From contig JBHLNT010000150.1 of NCBI GenBank assembly GCA_048941265.1, positions 1 through 10,467 on the forward strand: 10,467 nt of DNA, written 5' to 3'. Shown one piece after another: positions 6,578 through 10,467 of the stretch. The translations under genes were made by a program, and so were the position numbers. The notes beneath the pieces are model-generated. The model made no database searches, was not told the DNA's origin, and worked only from the letters and a program-made list of their open reading frames with translations. Source of the DNA: Promethearchaeota archaeon. Lineage in GTDB: Archaea; Asgardarchaeota; Lokiarchaeia; Sigyniarchaeales; SOKP01. Numbering within the stretch: position 1 is the first letter of the stretch; the number at the start of each line of letters is the position of its first letter.

Positions 6578-7489
6578 ATGAGATTTGGAATCACGCCTTT
6601 AGATGGAGCGTATCTGGCAAAAAGCTTGAATTTTAATAATGGTCTTGTTGATTTTTCAGATTTTCGTTTTTCTGAAATTATATTAGATGTCATCAACAGT
6701 GGATTTCGACACTGTGAAATATCACTCGATTTATTTCAAATTTTACCAATTGAAATTAATAAGGAGGAGCAAAATAGAATAAAGACCATTCAAAAGGAGT
6801 ATGATTTTACTTTTTCTGCTCATTTTCCCATTTATAGTGTTGAGTTGTCTTCTCCCAATAAATTTATTAGAGAAGCAAGTATTCAATCTTGCATAGATTC
6901 TTATAATCAGTTTAGATTTCTGGAAGAAAATATAGATGTATTTGTTATTCATCCCACGGGCTCTTTTACAGCTTCTATTGGTGTTTTAGGTCTCGATTCA
7001 AAGATAAATGAATTAATTTATCATATCTTAACCAATTATGCCGTTCAAAGTGTAAAAAAAATCATTAAAACAACCAAAATACCTAATTCTAAAATAGCCA
7101 TAGAAAATATTGAATTTCCTTTTGAAAGGACACTTGAAATTATTGAAAAATTAAAAGGTACTAAATTATGTATAGATACTGCTCACTTTTTAGGAGGATT
7201 TTCTGGAAATGTGGATCTTATTGAAATAACAGAATCATATTTAGATATTACAAGCGAAATACATCTTCAAGATTATTCTGACGAATATCCTTCACCGGAT
7301 CATGTAGCTCTGGGAAGAGGTAATAATTTTCCGATCAAGTTCTTAGAATTGATACATGAGTATGATTTTAAAGGGCCCATTGTTTTTGAATTAGGATTAA
7401 AGCATGCAATTGAATCATTGGACTTTATTAAGAAGCATGTACCAGAAATTAAAATTCCCGAAATAAAAAATAACATAACCTCAAAATGA
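6578..7489 (+). CDS. AP endonuclease 2 / xylose isomerase-like TIM-barrel metalloenzyme (possibly CbiR-like phosphodiesterase)
   Basis: 303 aa. Ordered metal-ligand motifs AHFP, IHPTG, AIENIE, CIDTAH, IHLQD, DHVALG, IVFEL. AAGGAGG RBS at 6561-6567. Confidence 0.85.
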   Translation: MRFGITPLDGAYLAKSLNFNNGLVDFSDFRFSEIILDVINSGFRHCEISLDLFQILPIEINKEEQNRIKTIQKEYDFTFSAHFPIYSVELSSPNKFIREASIQSCIDSYNQFRFLEENIDVFVIHPTGSFTASIGVLGLDSKINELIYHILTNYAVQSVKKIIKTTKIPNSKIAIENIEFPFERTLEIIEKLKGTKLCIDTAHFLGGFSGNVDLIEITESYLDITSEIHLQDYSDEYPSPDHVALGRGNNFPIKFLELIHEYDFKGPIVFELGLKHAIESLDFIKKHVPEIKIPEIKNNITSK

Positions 7490-7495
7490 TTCTAA

Positions 7496-7512
7496 TTTTT
7501 CTTTTTTTTCTT
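7496..7512 (+). terminator. Archaeal oligo-T terminator TTTTTCTTTTTTTTCTT
   Basis: A pyrimidine tract containing T5 and T8 starts 7 nt after the TGA at 7489. Confidence 0.6.
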
Positions 7513-7517
7513 ATCAA

Positions 7518-7781
7518 CTACAAAATACATATTTTTTCGTAAAATAGCATAATATCTGAGAAAAATTTTACGATTTTATAAATCTTGTTATAGTTGTGAA
7601 ATGTTTTTAATTTTTCTTTTTGTTCTTCCGATTTAGAATTAATTATCTCTTTTTGGACTTTCCATTTCCTATATTCAGATATGTAATTAAAACTGACTTG
7701 CAAAAAGGTTAATATGACTGATTTCATTTGATGAGGGATTTGATCTGTTTTTAATGTATTTAAAACTTCAATAATATCCAA
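7518..7781 (-). CDS. Short hypothetical ORF or gene remnant
   Basis: 87 codons filling an otherwise empty AT-rich gap. TTG start, no clear RBS, no motif recognised. Same frame as 7800..8543, separated from it by one TAA. Confidence 0.3.
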   Translation of the reverse strand: MDIIEVLNTLKTDQIPHQMKSVILTFLQVSFNYISEYRKWKVQKEIINSKSEEQKEKLKTFHNYNKIYKIVKFFSDIMLFYEKICIL

Positions 7782-7799
7782 TTCAAGAAGAATACGAGA

Positions 7800-8543
7800 T
7801 TAACAAAGATATTTAATTTTTTTACACATTTTAAGGCTGAGTTGATCAAATTTTTCTTTCCAATAAGGATAATCTAATACGTAATTATAGCCACAAACTA
7901 TAGATATATTACGGGGTTCTATAATTTTTTTCAATTTTATAGCGCCTTCAATAGTGTTCTTAGATGGGCCATAGGGATTAAAGATAAAATTGCCTTTCTT
8001 TGGAATTAAATAATCACATACAAATAGAATATCTTCAAATATATAAAAAGTGAATCCCGGAGTATGACCATCTATATGAAATGCTTTAATTCCATCTATA
8101 TTAAAATTATTTTCAAATTTTTTGTCAAATGGATGCTTTTTAGCGATATCAAACTCAGAATCTCTTATATGAATCCAAATAAATGCTGTATAATATTCTC
8201 TATAAAGATTTGAAGCACCTAGAAAATGATGATGGGTAAACAAGATTTTATCCATTCTTTCCAGTTCAGCATTAAATGTAGATGGACAATCTATCCAAAT
8301 TCTTTTACCATCAATTTCGATACTGTAAGCAGCATGCTCAAGTCCTAGATTTGGATATGAATTAAGACGTTTGACTTTATTCTTTACTTTATTACTAACA
8401 ATTTCATAGTTCTGAGAACATTCTTCGGCAGTTATAAAATTATTACTTAACGCGCCGCAAAAAGGACAGCGATTAGGATGATAACCAATCATATTAAAGC
8501 CGCATACTTTACAAACGTATTGTTCAATATTGAAGATCGACAA
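7800..8543 (-). CDS. Rubredoxin-like domain fused to a degenerate metallo-beta-lactamase fold
   Basis: 247 aa. N-terminal YVCKVCG-X10-CPFCGA (short rubredoxin knuckle pair, rubrerythrin type), then MBL landmarks WIDCP, LFTHHHFLG, IWIH, DGHTPG, FVCD. TTG start with GAGGA RBS. Confidence 0.85.
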   Translation of the reverse strand: MSIFNIEQYVCKVCGFNMIGYHPNRCPFCGALSNNFITAEECSQNYEIVSNKVKNKVKRLNSYPNLGLEHAAYSIEIDGKRIWIDCPSTFNAELERMDKILFTHHHFLGASNLYREYYTAFIWIHIRDSEFDIAKKHPFDKKFENNFNIDGIKAFHIDGHTPGFTFYIFEDILFVCDYLIPKKGNFIFNPYGPSKNTIEGAIKLKKIIEPRNISIVCGYNYVLDYPYWKEKFDQLSLKMCKKIKYLC

Positions 8544-8774
8544 AAAAATCCTCTTTTTTATTAATGTTCATTATTTTTGCGAGTTAATTGTGTTTAATCA
8601 AGATTTTGTTTTTTCTATAATTCACGTTATGTTACTATAAATTAAATAGGTATTGTGAAAAAGCTAGATCTGTAATGTTTCGGATAATTAATCTTTTAAA
8701 ATTCAAATTGAATTAGCAGATTATAAAAATAAATGGAAAAACTTTATTATTTTTTTTAATGATTTCATAATCGT

Positions 8775-9464
8775 ATGGACTCAGATTATATAACTATAAT
8801 GGAAATCATGTTTAGCGTTATTTATTTGATTTATATCTGTATAATTGTAATTTTTATGTCAAAAAATTTGAAAAAAGGTAATAAGGATGAGATAAAAACG
8901 GCAAAATATATTCTTTTAGCATTTATATCATTAATGATTGGTGATTTAGGACATGTAGGGGCTAGATTAGTGACATTCTTCTCAGAAAATTTCGCTTCAA
9001 ATTATGGGATTTTCGGAATCGGAGTACTATTTGAGATGATAGGTTTGATTTTACTTTTTATATTCTATACTAATGCCTGGAGAATTCATTTTAATAAACC
9101 GAATGATCTAATCTTTAAAAGTCTGATTGTAGTTGGGATAATTGGATTAATAATCTTTACTTTTCCTCAAAACCAATGGAATACAGAACCAATTTCTTAT
9201 GAATGGTTAATCATTCGAAATATTCCCTGGTTAATTCAGGGAATGGCACTCGCAACTTTAATTATTAGAGATGCTAGGGCTGTTAAAGATCCTATTTTGA
9301 TTCGAATTGGAATCCTTATATTAATATCTTTCTTATTTTATATACCTGTAATTTTATTTGGATCTATAGAACCAATGCTGGGTTTGTTGATGATACCCGG
9401 CACTTTTATTTATATGTTATGGCAATACAATTCATATAAGCGATTTTTTAAAGGTAATGAGTAA
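8775..9464 (+). CDS. Uncharacterised integral membrane protein (~7 TM)
   Basis: 229 aa with about seven hydrophobic segments and conserved-looking motifs GDLGH, FPQNQW, RNIPW, SFLFYIPV, GLLMIP. Confidence 0.85.
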   Translation: MDSDYITIMEIMFSVIYLIYICIIVIFMSKNLKKGNKDEIKTAKYILLAFISLMIGDLGHVGARLVTFFSENFASNYGIFGIGVLFEMIGLILLFIFYTNAWRIHFNKPNDLIFKSLIVVGIIGLIIFTFPQNQWNTEPISYEWLIIRNIPWLIQGMALATLIIRDARAVKDPILIRIGILILISFLFYIPVILFGSIEPMLGLLMIPGTFIYMLWQYNSYKRFFKGNE

Positions 9465-9878
9465 TTATTTACAATCCTCACACTCATAATAAATATCAAT
9501 ACGCTGTCCAATTGGTTTCAAGTCTAAATTTGAGATGATGGCATTCCAAAATTTAATGACGTTATCAGACTTGTAATCAACAATTTTTCCACATTTGACA
9601 CATACCAAATTTATATGGGGCTCCATATTAGGATCATATCTAATTTTACCCTCATTAAATCCTAGTTCCTGTATCAATCCAAGCTCTTTTAGTGTATGTA
9701 GGGTTTTATATATAGTTCCAAGACTTAATGTCGGATAATCAGTTTTTAATTCCTGGTAAATTTGATCAGCAGTAGGATGATCTTTTCTTGGTTTTATGAA
9801 TTTATAAATTGCTAGACGCTGAGTAGTAACTTTATATCCATTTTTTCGAAAGAGAGCAAATAATTCTTGATCATCCAT
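9465..9878 (-). CDS. perR: Fur-family transcriptional regulator, PerR-like
   Basis: 137 aa. KVTTQRLAI, HPTADQIY, SLGTIYKTL wHTH, RYD, PHINLVCVKCGKIVD and C-terminal CEDC. Lies directly downstream of katG. Fur family is secure; the PerR subfamily is inferred from HPTA, RYD, the Asp after CxxC and gene context. Confidence 0.8.
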   Translation of the reverse strand: MDDQELFALFRKNGYKVTTQRLAIYKFIKPRKDHPTADQIYQELKTDYPTLSLGTIYKTLHTLKELGLIQELGFNEGKIRYDPNMEPHINLVCVKCGKIVDYKSDNVIKFWNAIISNLDLKPIGQRIDIYYECEDCK

Positions 9879-9985
9879 TAATAATCTATCTTATTTTTAT
9901 AATTTTGTAAAGATTAAATTTAGTAGCTTTAGTTATAAAAAGTTAATCAATATTAATATATTACTACATAGTAGTTATTCCTTGT

Positions 9986-10000
9986 TCATAATGATTATTA
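9986..10000. promoter_or_regulatory. Per-box-like inverted repeat TCATAATGATTATTA
   Basis: 12 of 14 specified positions match the Bacillus Per box TTATAATnATTATAA. It lies ~110 nt upstream of the perR-like start and ~45 nt upstream of a TATA-like TTTTTATAA (9933-9941, minus strand). The AT-rich background lowers significance. Confidence 0.4.
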
Positions 10001-10051
10001 GTACTCAATTAGATTCAATAAAACCTTAAGTAAAAATGAATAAAAAGTTAT

Positions 10052-10079
10052 AAAAAAAAAGTAGAAAATTTAATTTTCT
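10052..10079 (-). terminator. Putative katG terminator: AGAAAATT-N-AATTTTCT inverted repeat followed by T9
   Basis: Perfect 8-1-8 dyad at 10063-10079, then AC and nine T (10052-10060) on the minus strand, ~15 nt after the tandem TAG TAG stops. Confidence 0.55.
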
Positions 10080-10096
10080 TAGGGAGTATTAAGCTA

Positions 10097-10467
<371 letters not shown>

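Noticed and set aside
6502-6952. Two short minus-strand ORFs (6502..6696, 6743..6952)
   Set aside because: Antisense to the TIM-barrel gene, with low-complexity AT-driven composition.
8683-8693. GATAATTAATC as a Fur/Per box in the divergent promoter
   Set aside because: Short, imperfect dyad in very AT-rich DNA, not distinguishable from chance.
8775-9464. Rhodopsin call for the ~7-TM protein
   Set aside because: There is no Lys within the last helix in a DxxxK or SxxxK context, and no recognisable helix C motif.

Overview
AT-rich, archaeal-looking window: TATA boxes, GGGTG(A) ribosome-binding sites, oligo-T terminators and a CxxC...CxxH...RGY protein of a type I associate with Lokiarchaeia/Asgard archaea (the taxonomy is inferred). 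Positions 1-5453 are an old, diverged tandem duplication (~2.8 kb unit, minus strand) of a two-gene operon: an FAD-linked oxidoreductase of the VAO/PCMH-GlcD superfamily followed by an HdrD/GlcF-like Fe-S protein with two ferredoxin motifs and two complete CCG motifs. The second Fe-S copy (<1..~1157) is missing from the ORF track because it runs off the window, and it may start at ATA. The two flavoproteins lack the His/Glu metal motifs of glycolate/lactate dehydrogenases, look more PCMH-like, and differ mainly in three hypervariable blocks of the substrate cap domain. Next come an uncharacterised Zn-ribbon protein and a divergent AP-endonuclease-2/xylose-isomerase-like TIM barrel. The right end is a probable peroxide-stress neighbourhood: the 3' end of a GC-rich katG, a PerR/Fur regulator with a Per-box-like site upstream, a ~7-TM membrane protein, and a rubredoxin fused to a degenerate metallo-beta-lactamase domain. 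I saw no RNA genes, CRISPR arrays or recognisable mobile elements.
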